From Piedraia hortae CBS 480.64 (lineage: Eukaryota), in NCBI GenBank assembly GCA_010093745.1, contig MU006048.1, positions 1 through 32,028 on the forward strand: 32,028 bases of DNA, written 5' to 3'. The position numbers and the translations under genes were made by a program. The first letter of the stretch is position 1. Each line of letters starts with the position of its first letter. Shown here one piece after another: positions 10,487 to 21,900 of the stretch. A model generated the notes under the pieces. The model searched no databases. It was not told where the DNA came from and saw only the letters and a program-made list of their open reading frames with translations.

Positions 10487-11207
10487 ATGGCACCCAACTC
10501 GCGTCTTATCCTGACGCGCCACGCACAGGCTGAGCACAATGTCGACTTGGACTACAGCAGTACGTTGCCATCTTCACATGTCCACACCAGGCTAACAAAT
10601 TGCAGTCCCCGATGCCCCACTCACGAAGCTGGGCAGGAAGCAAGCATCGGCACTAGCGGATAAGATCAAGGCTCTACAAGACGAGGCGGACTTAGTAGTG
10701 ACATCTCCCCTAAAACGAACGCTGCAGACGACGCACCTGGGGTATTCTGCTGCGATTTCACGGTTGGGAGGGTTGGGAAATGTGATTTGTCTCCCGCAGG
10801 CGCAGGAGAGCAACAACCTGCCGTGCGATACGGGAAGTTCGCGGACAGCGCTGGAGGCCAGCGGGGAGTTTGTCGGGTTTGATCTCTCGCCGTTGACGGA
10901 GGAGTGGAACTCTAAGCAGGGCTTCTACGCGCCAGATGCAAAGTCGATTGCGAATAGAGCGCGCTGGGTGCGTCAGTGGCTACGTGATCGGCCGGAGAAG
11001 ACGATTGTTCTTGTTGCGCACGGGGATATTCTGCGGAATATAACGGCGGGGCCGAATGGGCCGAGTGAGTGGCAGTGGCGGAACACGGAGACGAGGGTCT
11101 ATCACTTTGATGAAAAGTTCCTTGATGGCGAGTGTTTCCTTGACCATGCAAAGGCTGCTGTCGCTGCTGGAGGATATGCGCCGACCAGCTCTGAGATGGA
11201 CTTGTGA
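10487..11207 (+). CDS. Histidine phosphatase / phosphoglycerate mutase-family protein; exons 10487-10559 and 10606-11207
   Basis: LILTRHAQAEHN (RHG-type motif), DAPLTKLGRKQA, TSPLKRTLQT, VLVAHGDIL. Intron 10560-10605 (GTACGT...GCTAAC...TGCAG) joins the two ORF frames. Confidence 0.92.
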
Positions 11208-11215
11208 TGGCGCTA

Positions 11216-11231
11216 GGGGGGGGGGGGGGGG
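11216..11231 (+). repeat. G16 homopolymer
   Basis: 16 consecutive G starting 9 nt after the stop codon at 11207. Confidence 0.95.
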
Positions 11232-11342
11232 AGTAACACGCCAAGGGTAAATGACGGGAATGACGGTCAATGACGTAAGATAGATGAGTGACGCATAGAC
11301 AGACAGCTAGAGCGGGGATAGAATTCCTTTGCACAGAACAAA

Positions 11343-12761
11343 ATGCCAGTCGACTACAGTAAATGGGACGCGTTGGAGTTGTCAGACGACAGTGACATCG
11401 AGGTCCATCCCAACGTTGACAAACGATCCTTTATCCGTGCCAAGCAGCACCAGATCCACCAGCAGCGTTTGGAGAGGAAGCACCGCATCGAGACATTGAA
11501 ATACGAGAAGCTGATCAATGACGGGCTACTCTTGCGTGTGGAAGCGTTGCTGAAGGCTGTAGAATCTCACAAATTTGGAGATGCCGATGATGTCGTCTTT
11601 GACTGCCTCACAGAAGTCACCCATGGTGGGTCTCTCGGGGACGACATGCCTCCGCCGCCTCCGGGTACGGTCCACGGCAAGGAAGAGCCCCTGTCCTACA
11701 GCCACATGGTTGGCGTGTTGGTGGACCAAGTCAAAGCCAGCGTAGACAAGACCTCTGGCGACCGGTTCGAAGCTTACAAAAAGGAAATCGCAAGCCACAG
11801 AGACAAAATCCAGGGACTGAATGACAGCCTCCTGAAGGAACTAGACAAACTCGAGAAGGAAGACAAGAGCAAGATCACCAGCGAAAGCATCCACACGGGG
11901 TTCGATTCTACTCGTCTATCCAAGCCCTCGGGCGCAGCAGCCGTCAAAGAGCAGGAGCGCGTGCCCGAACTTCTCAACCCGAAAGAACCAGCGGGCTCCG
12001 AAGCAGACGTAGAGGACGACGAGGATGTCAACGCCTCGGAATTAGCCAAGCAATTCGCCAAGATCAAAGTCGGCGACTTCGCCTCCAGTTTGCAATTCAT
12101 CGGGAAACACTCTGATGCCATCCTCAAAGAAAGCCAATCAGACGGTCTCCTAGCGGAAGCCTTCATGGCACAATCCAAAGCAAAGACCCAAAAAGACGAA
12201 GACTACGCACGCCAGTGCGTCCACCAAGCCCTCCTCCTCCAATACTGCCGCCAATTGGGCAAAGACGGGGTGGGCATCTTCTTCAAACGCATGCAGGATC
12301 CCAAGCACGCTGCCCGCAAAATTTTCCTCGACGACGTCAACACAACATACAACCGCATTCGTACCCGCACCGCGGAGATTGAGAAACAGGCCGACGAAGG
12401 AAGCCGAGAAGTTGAGCGTATTCAACTGCATGCATTCGAGCCGAATTCGAAGATCGTAGTCACAGTCCCGCCTGAGAAGCCTACCACAGATGCAGAACGC
12501 GAGGCAAGGCGTTTCTTCGATGCCTTCCCACCCAATCTACAGACGGCACTCGTCTCGGGTGACCTAGACAAAGTCAACGACGTCCTAGGCAAGATGGCCG
12601 TCGACGAAGCCGAAATCATCGTCGAACAGCTAAGCGAGGGTGGAATGCTGAACATGGAAAAGGGAGTCATTGACGCTACAACCGAAGAAGGCCAGAAACG
12701 AGTCGAAGAGATCGAGGCACAGAAGAAAGAAGGCGAGTTGCAGGTCGAAGAGATGGACTAG
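11343..12761 (+). CDS. CDC37: Hsp90 kinase co-chaperone Cdc37 (472 aa, single exon)
   Basis: Diagnostic N-terminus MPVDYSKWDALELSDDSDIEVHPNVDKRSFIRAK with the CK2 serine; VHQALLLQYCRQLG; C-terminal FFDAFPPNLQTALVSGDLDKVNDVLGKM. Confidence 0.97.
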   Translation: MPVDYSKWDALELSDDSDIEVHPNVDKRSFIRAKQHQIHQQRLERKHRIETLKYEKLINDGLLLRVEALLKAVESHKFGDADDVVFDCLTEVTHGGSLGDDMPPPPPGTVHGKEEPLSYSHMVGVLVDQVKASVDKTSGDRFEAYKKEIASHRDKIQGLNDSLLKELDKLEKEDKSKITSESIHTGFDSTRLSKPSGAAAVKEQERVPELLNPKEPAGSEADVEDDEDVNASELAKQFAKIKVGDFASSLQFIGKHSDAILKESQSDGLLAEAFMAQSKAKTQKDEDYARQCVHQALLLQYCRQLGKDGVGIFFKRMQDPKHAARKIFLDDVNTTYNRIRTRTAEIEKQADEGSREVERIQLHAFEPNSKIVVTVPPEKPTTDAEREARRFFDAFPPNLQTALVSGDLDKVNDVLGKMAVDEAEIIVEQLSEGGMLNMEKGVIDATTEEGQKRVEEIEAQKKEGELQVEEMD

Positions 12762-12815
12762 CGTAGCCACATACATATACCACCCCCAAAACCCAAAAAC
12801 CCCCAATGTATCCAA

Positions 12816-13796
12816 TCACAACGTCCCCTTCAACCTCTCCGTCGCCAAATCCGCAAACGTCACCCCATCCACATTCTCCCACAAATTCGGCTGCGTGAAC
12901 ACCGCAAGCGTATTCCTCGCAATTTGTCCCCCACCCTTACCAGCGGTAACATAATGCGGCACAGCCTTGAACCTCCCCTTCGTAACCCTCTCCAACGCCT
13001 CTCCAGTTTGAAAAGCAAGACAATCCCTCGGAATGTCGACGTGAACATGCCTCCCCCCGCGATCCACGATCCACAGACCAGCTGTCGGATCGTTGGGGTG
13101 GGCATCCAACTCCCTCGCCTCCTCCTCCCCCTGGTGGCACAGCGATTCGTCAACCCACATCTGCGCCGTCAGCCCCGTCAGGGCACCCAGATCCTTGTGC
13201 GAGCCGCACCACTCCTCCCCGCCGCTGGGGTAGTAATGCAACAACCTCGCCTTCGTGGCGACACTGCCCCTTACCCACTCCTCCACGAGTTTGGGCCTGT
13301 ACCCCTCGATATTCTCCTGACCGAAGCGATCGCATGCTTTTGCGACTTCGGCAGCGACGTCTACGATTAGATTCGAGAGGGTCATTAAACTCTCCTCGAA
13401 GCCGGGGAGGCTGGCAGGCCAGATGTTGGGCGAGACCATTTCCTCTCGATCAGGGTAGAGGTCCCTAGCTTTTGTTTGGAGGGCGGCGTTCTGGACGGGG
13501 TGGAAATAGAAGGATCCTTTGAGCTCGTCATAGCCCGTTCCCAGGTTTTCTTTGCCCCGTGACCAGCCGATCGAGTATTTTGCCGAAGGGCGTTCGAGGG
13601 CTGAGAGGGTTGAGGGGGGGAGGTGAGCGAGGGTGTTGGAGAAGTTGAGGGCACGGGAGCGGAGGGAAGGGTAGGATGGGGGGAGGTCGGAGATGATGAT
13701 GATGCCGAGGGAGGAGGGGCCGAATGCGGATTCGAGGGTCGAGAGGGGGATGGTTTGGGATTTTAGGGAGGAGTAGGGCACCGTCACGGCTGTCAT
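12816..13796 (-). CDS. 2-oxoglutarate/Fe(II)-dependent oxygenase (IPNS/clavaminate synthase-like fold), 326 aa
   Basis: AFGPSSLGIIII, YSIGWSRGKE, PNIWP, RLLHYYP, WCGSHKDLGALTGL (HxD), AFQTGEAL, VPHYV (distal His), RNTLAVFTQP. Confidence 0.9.
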   Translation of the reverse strand: MTAVTVPYSSLKSQTIPLSTLESAFGPSSLGIIIISDLPPSYPSLRSRALNFSNTLAHLPPSTLSALERPSAKYSIGWSRGKENLGTGYDELKGSFYFHPVQNAALQTKARDLYPDREEMVSPNIWPASLPGFEESLMTLSNLIVDVAAEVAKACDRFGQENIEGYRPKLVEEWVRGSVATKARLLHYYPSGGEEWCGSHKDLGALTGLTAQMWVDESLCHQGEEEARELDAHPNDPTAGLWIVDRGGRHVHVDIPRDCLAFQTGEALERVTKGRFKAVPHYVTAGKGGGQIARNTLAVFTQPNLWENVDGVTFADLATERLKGTL

Positions 13797-13853
13797 TGTG
13801 CGTGGATCGATGATGGCGGGGTGACAGCGGCTAGATGAAACTACAGGATCTAT

Positions 13854-14599
13854 CTAACCCCCGTGCACAAAAACCCTCTCCTCAACCGGCTTCGTCTGCA
13901 CCCTCGCAGCGAGATTCTCGCGTGCCCTGTCCTTGAGTCCCCCAAAGACAAGCTGCGCCTTGAGGCTCCACTCCAGCGGGATATTCCACGTTTCCGCCGC
14001 CTTCTGGTCGGGCAGCGGGTTGTAATGCTGCAAATTGCACCCAAACCCCTCCGCCTCAAGCGAGGTCCAGAGCGCGTACTGGTGCATAGCCGAAGTGTGC
14101 TCCGACCAATGCGGGAATTTATCCGCATACTGCGGAAACTTGGACTGGAGCATCTTGACCGGCTCCGGGTCTTCGTAGAACAAAACCTGTTTCCCCCCAC
14201 CCAAGTCAGCATTATAACCCCACCTCCGTCGCCACAAACACTGACCGTCCCAAACGCATCATTAAACCCCTGCACCCTCGCACGGGTATACTCCCACTTG
14301 TCCTCCGGCACGACCGACTTGAGAATATCCCTCGTAAACCCCCAAAACTTATCGTGCTCGTCCCCCCGCAGGACAACAAGGCGCGCAGACTGCAAGTTAA
14401 ACGACGACGGGACAGTCTCGATCGCGGTACGGACAACCTCCTGGATGCGCTTCTTGTCAACCGGAATAGACTTATTCAAAGCGTAAATCGTGCGACGATT
14501 CTCCATCCCCTCTTTGATACTCATCTTGTCGTAGCCCATTTTCGTGCTGTATGTTCTAAACGTCGTAGCTCGAAGAGCGGATCGGATAAAGGAGGCCAT
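13854..14599 (-). CDS. Nitroreductase-family protein (Frm2/Hbn1-like); exons 14599-14246 and 14186-13854
   Basis: RRTIYAL, VPSSFNLQSARLVVL, AFGT|VLFYED after removing intron 14245-14187 (GTCAGT...GCTGAC...AACAG), WTSLEAEGFGCNLQHYNP, LKAQLVFG. Confidence 0.92.
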
Positions 14600-14726
14600 T
14601 CATCAAAGCAAATGTGACGTCAGAGAGGGGGTTATGTAGCGTGCGTGCTTTGCGGCTTGGAGGGGCTTATCTTAGCGAGGTAAATCAAGCAACCCGTAAA
14701 GGAACGTACGGTGGATTTGATTAAGG

Positions 14727-16862
14727 CTACGGATTCATCCTCCTAAGGTCCAACCATTCCTCCGCCATCTTTCGAGCAGGCGATCCGTCGATGGCTACAG
14801 CCCCAAGCGAGAATGTTTCTTCGCAGGATCCGCGGACCCTGCGGATTGAAAGAGGCGTGCCGTTGACTTTGACGTGGAGACCCTTTGGGGATTGGGCGTT
14901 CCTTGTAGGCGGAGCATCCATCGTAGACAGATCGTCCTTTATAGACGAACCGGCCCCCTTGATAGATAAAGGCTCCCTCTTGGTAGGCGACGCATCCCTC
15001 GCAGACCCCCTCCTTGTAGGCGAAGCGTCACCCATGGTCCAGGCACCCCTTCTAGTAGATGAGCCCATCCTCTTCATAGGCGAAGCAGTCATCCTCGTAG
15101 ACTCCATCGCAGTAAACACCCCCCTCAAAGACTTGGTAGGCGAACCCCCATTCAACGGCTGCACCCCAAACGGCGGCGTCCTCGGCCTCGACAGCCTAAA
15201 CGCCACCTTCGAACTCTCCTGCTGCTTCGGCCGCGCGCGGGCGGTGATCCACTTCCTCCACTCCCTCTCTTTCGGCTTGGGAGTAGAGTAAACGCTCGTC
15301 GGAGAAGCGTCCTTCTGAGTAGAAAACCCTCCGTCGCAGCTGGATCCGCTGACTTCAGTGTTGGTACGAGAGGTGGTTTCATCCAGCGAGTTGCCTCCAT
15401 CGCACACTCCCTCGTTGACATGGGATGTAACCTCATCCACCGTCCTGAGGATCTGCGTCGGAGTCTCGTGCACAGGACTGAGGATGCTCTCGTGCACCGG
15501 ACTCAACACCCCCTCTCCCGGCTCCCAATCCTCCTCCTTCACCTCCCCCATCCTCCTCCTCAGCGCTGAGTATAACCCCCTCGCCTCCTCCGACCCCGCA
15601 AGCGCCAGCTTTGACGGACGAGCCAGCCACCTCCCGCTCCGCGTCGAAAGATTCGACGCTTTGCGTCTTAACGTCGAAAAACTCCCCTTTCGCATACTTG
15701 AAAAACTCCTCGCTTCCCGGAGGGTTCCCTGGGGGGTGGTGTCGATTGATCCCTCGACAAAGGAATCCGTCCAGCTTGTTAGACGGGAGGATGTGTCGAT
15801 TGATATGTGGCTTGGAGTGTGGTCCCTAGTTGGGTGATCTACTTTCAGTCTCGAGGGGGTATCTATCGATGGCGTGCAGGCTTCAAAGGTTGGTGGGTTT
15901 AGGTGCGAGGATGCATCGATCGATGCGTATCTCGGTGTGCGCTTTCCAATGTAGTTCGCTTTCAGCCTTGATACATCAACTGATCCAAAATTCAGTGCGT
16001 GTGATGCTTCCCCAATGGCGGGTTCTAGGCTGGTTGGGTGGTCTGCTGGTTGAGGTGTACCTCCTCTGTTCATCTCATCCGCTCCACCAACCTCTTGCAC
16101 AGAGAGAGTATACCTCTCGCTCTCTTCTTCGGTGGGTAAAGAGAGACGATATTCCTCCGCCGCCTCTAGCGACCCCCTTTCGATCGAAAACACCCCGCTC
16201 CCTCTTCTCTCCGGCGGACCATAATGCCTCTTCTTCGATTCGATATGTTGCTCTGGGATCTTAGGTCTTTGTGCGAGGGATGTTTTACGAGAAAGAACTC
16301 TTCTTATCCTCGTTTTGAAACATCGTGGCGGGAGGAGGGGGATTCCGAGTTCGGGGGTTGCTGCTTCTCTTTGAATCGGGGATTCGACGACGTCAGTTGA
16401 GGAATTCTGAACGGGAAGAGCGGGTTTGGGCGCTCTTCGGCGAATTGTACCTGACTCTTCTTCTCCTCCTCCTCCTCCTCCTCCTTCTTCTTCTTCTTCT
16501 TCTCCTTTCGGGTCGAGGATGGTCGTTTGGTCGTCATTGGGAGGTGGAAAGTTCTCGTTGCCAAGGTAACGCCGCTGAGAAGGCAGGCTAAGAAGTGCAC
16601 TCTCCTTTGGCTGAGTTTTGACCTCTGGCTGACTCTGACATTCAAGGTGAGGTCTGTCAGGCTTTTTGGTAGACTTCCTCCTTGCTTCCTCGAAATGAGT
16701 CCCCTCTGATCTCGACGATCGATTCTGTCTCCTGCGAATGGGCTCAATGGGCTGCTGATTGCACGTTGTATACGCTTTTAAAGCTGCAATCTTGGCTTGA
16801 TGCTGGATATTCATCATTGAATGGGACATACCACTGAATGGAAAAAGCAAAGGGATAGACAT
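14727..16862 (-). CDS. Hypothetical low-complexity, probably disordered protein (711 aa; start codon uncertain)
   Basis: 2136-nt uninterrupted ORF filling the space between two conserved genes; S/P/R/E-rich with short peptide repeats; no domain recognised. Confidence 0.7.
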   Translation of the reverse strand: MSIPLLFPFSGMSHSMMNIQHQAKIAALKAYTTCNQQPIEPIRRRQNRSSRSEGTHFEEARRKSTKKPDRPHLECQSQPEVKTQPKESALLSLPSQRRYLGNENFPPPNDDQTTILDPKGEEEEEEGGGGGGGEEESGTIRRRAPKPALPVQNSSTDVVESPIQREAATPELGIPLLPPRCFKTRIRRVLSRKTSLAQRPKIPEQHIESKKRHYGPPERRGSGVFSIERGSLEAAEEYRLSLPTEEESERYTLSVQEVGGADEMNRGGTPQPADHPTSLEPAIGEASHALNFGSVDVSRLKANYIGKRTPRYASIDASSHLNPPTFEACTPSIDTPSRLKVDHPTRDHTPSHISIDTSSRLTSWTDSFVEGSIDTTPQGTLREARSFSSMRKGSFSTLRRKASNLSTRSGRWLARPSKLALAGSEEARGLYSALRRRMGEVKEEDWEPGEGVLSPVHESILSPVHETPTQILRTVDEVTSHVNEGVCDGGNSLDETTSRTNTEVSGSSCDGGFSTQKDASPTSVYSTPKPKEREWRKWITARARPKQQESSKVAFRLSRPRTPPFGVQPLNGGSPTKSLRGVFTAMESTRMTASPMKRMGSSTRRGAWTMGDASPTRRGSARDASPTKREPLSIKGAGSSIKDDLSTMDAPPTRNAQSPKGLHVKVNGTPLSIRRVRGSCEETFSLGAVAIDGSPARKMAEEWLDLRRMNP
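16456..16503. repeat. Compound (TTC)/(TCC) trinucleotide microsatellite encoding EEEEEEGGGGGGGEEE
   Basis: Read directly: CTCTTCTTCTCCTCCTCCTCC...TTCTTCTTCTTC. Confidence 0.9.
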
Positions 16863-16954
16863 CCTACTTACTAACTCATATGCACCTTCCAGATAGAACG
16901 GATAATGTTAATGTACTCAGCGCCTCCCTATTAAACATTTACACCGGAACCAAT

Positions 16955-18584
16955 TTATGCCGTGGCCGAGATCTCGTGGAGAAACTCCTCCAGCTCATGA
17001 GCAACCTGCTCCTCAATGGACTTGGTCAGCTCGTTCAGCTTTTTGTTCATCTCGTTCACCTTCTTCACCACCTTATCCGAAGTCTCCGAGACCTCATCCT
17101 GGATCATGCCAAAGTCCACGCTAATCGTCTTGTCCTCCAATTTCTCAGCCTTGTAGCCGCCCTTCTCGACGATAGAAGTATAGTTGCTGCTGCCGCCGCC
17201 GTTCCAGGCGAGGACATTTGCAGTGCTGGACGGGACATCGACAAGAGCGCCGACAGTGCCGATGGCAATAAGATTAGCCTTCAGCTCCTTGGGCGAGATA
17301 TCAGCCACGGCATACTCCGAGTCTTTGCTCGGCTGCAGGGAGAGCATGTAAGCCAAGAGGCCTGCAATGTGAGGAGAGGCCATCGAGGTGCCAGAGATGG
17401 TGTTGATGGCATGCTTGCTACCGATCCAAGTGGATGTAATGGAAAGACCGGGTGCAAAGATATCGTTGCACTTGCCAAAGTTGGAAAAGTAAGCACGTTC
17501 GTCAGAGAGGGTGGATGCACCGACGGTGACGGCCTTTTCGGCCGCAGCGGGAGAGTAAGAACAAGAGTCGGCGTTGTCGTTTCCAGCGGCAACAGCAAAG
17601 TGAATGCCCGCATCGACAGCGGCGTTGACGGCCTGATCGAGAATGGCAGACTTCCCACCGCCCAGAGACATGTTGGCGGCAGATCCCTTGAATCCTTTGC
17701 GGCCCTTGCCCTTCTTGGTCGCCTGGACCTGTTTCAAGTGCTCTTCGGCAGCGTACTCGACGCCCTTGACGACATCCGACATGGAGCCAGAACCATTGGA
17801 GCGAAGGACCTTGACGGCCTTGATGTGAGCCTTCTTGGCAACGCCATACTTCTTACCCGCAACGGTGCCGGAGCAGTGAGTTCCGTGGCCGTTTCCGTCT
17901 TCGTCGCTGTCACCATTGGGAATAGTCTTGCCCCACTTGGCACGACCTTCAAAGTCGACGTGGTCTACGTTGGTGCCGGTATCAATGACATAAACATCGA
18001 CACCCTCGCCGCCATCGGCCGAGTACAGATATTTATTGAATGTGCCAAACGAGAGAGAGCTGCGGTGGGAGATGCGGGCCAAGCCCCAAGGAGCGCCCTT
18101 TTCGATCTCAGGCTCATCGTCGAGAGTGTGAACCTCTTGATCTCTCTCAATCAGTTCAACCTGAGGTTTGTGATTAGCGTCTGGATCCCCACACTTTATG
18201 CACGCCACTTACATCGGGATGTCGTCGGATCTGTTCGATCACATCGTCTGTGAAGTGGCCGGAGTATCCAAACAGACCACCGGCAATGTTATAAGTATGC
18301 TTCAGACCGCCGTATATCTCATCAACTATGGGTGTTTGTGAATCAAGCGACCGCTTCTTCAGCTCCGTCTTGGCCTGCTGTGAGCTAAGATGAACATCCT
18401 GTACCCACGCATGGTGGTCAGCCGCATGTTTCTCCGTAACGTGCTTCTTGAACAAGACGATATAGTTGTCCTCGATCGGCTTGGCGTTGGATGCCGACAC
18501 GATTGGCGCCGGCTCGCTGCCGAACAACACGGGCGATGCCGACGCAAGTGTCGCCAGGGAAAATGCTACGAGGCCCTTGATCAT
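16955..18584 (-). CDS. PRB1: Vacuolar subtilisin-like serine protease (protease B / Alp2 / PepC type, S8A); exons 18584-18213 and 18160-16955
   Basis: Signal peptide MIKGLVAFSLATLASA; I9 propeptide (YIVLFK...GYSGHF...IRRHPD|VELIERD); catalytic triad motifs IDTG, HGTH, GTSMASPH; C-terminal extension typical of vacuolar proteases. Intron 18212-18161 (GTAAGT...GCTAAT...CTCAG). Confidence 0.96.
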
Positions 18585-18907
18585 GTTTACTCTATACGCA
18601 ATGTGAAAAGAGATGTTGTTGTGAAGGGGGATGGGGAGGGGTGGCGGGTTGTCGTCGTGGTTGGCAGCCTGACAAGGCACGTGCGCCATAATTCAATCAT
18701 CTGATCATGCGGGCGAATCCGGTTAAGTCGGTAAGATAAGGTTAGCGTGGTTGAGCTAGCTGCGGGACCGTCCGACGGCTAAACTCCGGCATCCTGCTCC
18801 TCGCATCTGGGAATATGCAGTAGGCAGAGTCCACGGCGTGCGCGCCCCGCCAATTCCAATAGACGTCTTAGACAGAATGACCAGATCGCCCCTACAAGGC
18901 AAACAGC
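18585..18907. promoter_or_regulatory. Probable bidirectional promoter (PRB1 / BEACH gene)
   Basis: 323-nt gap between divergent start codons; position only, no motif established. Confidence 0.55.
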
Positions 18908-21900
18908 ATGGCTCTGAGATTCGGTCACGCGACTCGACACAGATCTGCATCCCGCGGACTGAATGCGGAAGAAGAGTCCTCCCAAACCGCGGCTCTGATT
19001 CGCCAACTTGAGATTAGCGGAGATCCCCCATCCGAAAGCGAAATATCACGTCTAAGAACCGTTGCAAACGATTTATCCCGTCATTTCAACCACAACGATG
19101 GCGCAACCACCATGTTCAGACGGGGACGGGGCTTCGAAAAGGCTGTTCAACTGCTAAAAGAGCTCCAACCATGTCTCAAGTCAAACGAATCGAGAATGAT
19201 GCCGCTGGCGCTTCTTGCCAAGGCGCTACTTCGACTTTTGGGCAACGCAGTGGGATGCCAGAATGGAAATGAGAGGTATTTTGCTGAAGTTGTGGACGGC
19301 TGGGCCACCATAGAGCGTTCCCTCAAAGACTTCCTTGACCTCATCCTTGGCCTAGATGCAGTTTCAGATGGCAAAGAGGCCGTCAGCCAGGTTTTCAAGG
19401 GCTTATTTGGATTGGCAGCAGAGTTGGACTCGCGAGTTGAAGGCGTCGCTGAAGTGGAGCTGGAAACGGGGACTCTTCAAATCCAACATGCTCATGTAGT
19501 ACTTGTGGCAGTGCGTTTGTCATTTTGGCTCGTATCACACCGATGGAGGGAGCATTATGTCGAGAATGCTGTTCAGGTGATCCATACAACAACACGGCTG
19601 GTGAAGTCGAGCACTCATAATAAATGGGAGCTTTGGCGTCTTGGCCTGCTTTCTCCAACTCTTCGTCTCGCCTTTGACCCAAATGCACCAGAGCCGGCGA
19701 AGATGGCGGCCTCGGAACTGGTACTGGCATCGGCCGATTTCGGATTTGCTGAGCTCGAAGACGTTGCGTTCTTATTCAAGCAGGCTTGTGAATTGGATTC
19801 AGCCCGTGAGATGTTACTGACAACCATGGTCAAGTCAAAAGGGCCAGCTTTTGTCCAGTTTGACCTTACAAAGTCTGGTTTTGCGTCGATTGAGTTTCCT
19901 GGTCTACTGCAGGCTTTTCCTCCCTCAAATGGTTATACGTGGAGTGCGTGGGTCAGAATAGACGAATTCGACTCAAAGACACACACCACTCTTTTCGGGG
20001 CATTTGACAAGAATCAAACATGTTTCATCCTCATTTACCTGGAGAAAGACAGTCATCAGATCATATTGCAAACATCTGTTCGTGCTGCAAAGCCCAGCGT
20101 GAGGTTCCGTTCTTCGAAACTGCAAGCTGGACAGTGGTATCATATTGCCTTGGTACATAGCAAAGTCGGAACAGACCCACAGCAAAGCCCTGCGTTGCTC
20201 TATCTCAATGGCGAAATCTCAGAAAAGCTGAACTGCACCTATCCCCAATCACCAGCAGCCCCTAGCCCCGTGCAAGCCTTCTTTGGTACTCCGCGTGATT
20301 TAGCTTTCAGTCTTGGACGGAACAAGATTCGGTCGAGATGGTCGTTAGCAGGGGTACGCATCTACAACGTGGCCATTACAGACGAGTTTGTAGCGTTGCA
20401 ACATCAACTGGGACCACGCTATTACGGGAACTTGCAAGATTTTATGGGCCCTTATCTCACCTACCATGCCTCTGCAGAGCTCCATCGATGGAGTGAACTG
20501 CTTCATCCAGACAAAAACTACAAAATGGAAAAGTCTGACATTGCAAAAGCTGTCAATAGTCTTGCCAGCGAGGTCGTCCCAGAAAACCGTCTGCTCTTGT
20601 CCATCCACCCATACAGCGTAATGTCTCTGGCGGACGGTTCAGATGACTCTGTCCTCACTGCCAAAATCGAGCTAAACGCAAGAGCCCTCACACGCATGCA
20701 CCAACTTGCTCGAAATGCGAGATGGATAGTAGTCAACTGCGCAATACCAAAGGTTGAAGAGGCCATAACTCAGACGAATGGTGTGGGCATAGCCACTGGC
20801 GACCCAGTAGTTGTCATCCCTCAATCGCTTGATGACTCGACCTGGCGGTTGGCAGGCACTTTGCCGCTCATGATCCGCTTGCTGGAGTCTTGTTACACAA
20901 AAGACGCCTTCATTCTGTCCACCAAGATCTACTTTGAGTCGTTCATGAACAATTGGCGCGTGAGCGAAGCCATGGAGAGGGGCAGTGGATTTGGACTTTA
21001 CGCCATGATCCTGAGCGAAAAGCTTGGGTTTGATACCTTTCCCTCTTCCACTGTGGCGGCGAGGAAGCCTTGTACAGTCCTCAGCTTAGAAGACTGTCGA
21101 ACCCTTCCCTCACAGCTGCTGCCTCTCATCCTAGGATACATGGGCTATGACGCCACACACCCTGAGCAATCGATGATCATCAACCCCCTCGCATACCGCG
21201 TCCTATTCCTCGACTTCGACACCTGGCGAAGGTGTGAAATTAGCGTGCAAAAGCTCTATTACACACAATTCGTCCACTTCCTCGCCCACAACCGCCACCA
21301 GATCTTCAACCAAAAACGCCTTTCCAGGATGAGACTGGTCAAGAGGTTGATTGACGTGCTCAAAGCGGAAGAAGTCTCAGCAGAGCTGATCGGCACATTG
21401 ATGGAAGCGTTAAGAGCAATGCTCGATAACCACCAAGCCTACCGCGAACTGGCCATGTTTGTCGTGTATGGTCTGCAAGATGAGCGTGTACTCGCCAATC
21501 GATCTCTCGGCATGGTTGGCGTGGTTGATATCCGTCAAAGAGCCGCATCGTGGGCAGCGAGGTATGCGCGTAGTTCGAGGAGGAACACTGAGGCTGGTCC
21601 GGTTACGCCTACGAATAAGCTGCCTGTGGGACTATCTCGGGCTGGGTTGGCAATGCATGCTTTGCGTCTGCTCAAAGACTTGGTGTGTGATAATCGCAGC
21701 AGTATCGGGGTCAGACGACTCGTACGTGCCGTGCCCATTCGGTGGCTGTTTCATCTTTCTGCGGAAGACAATGCGAGTGTTGTTGGGCTAACGCTGCATA
21801 TCATCAGTCGAATGCTCTCGACTGCTGGGTCGGAGTTTAATAATGCATTTGCTGATAAGCATGGTTTTGTGTTTTTGCAGAGTCGACTGAAGGCCTTTTG

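Noticed and set aside
12816..14599. Secondary-metabolite cluster (oxygenase plus nitroreductase)
   Set aside because: No backbone synthase, transporter or cluster regulator nearby; both families are widespread standalone genes.
16880..18253. 457-aa plus-strand ORF antisense to PRB1
   Set aside because: Shadow ORF of a codon-biased conserved gene; no recognisable protein features.
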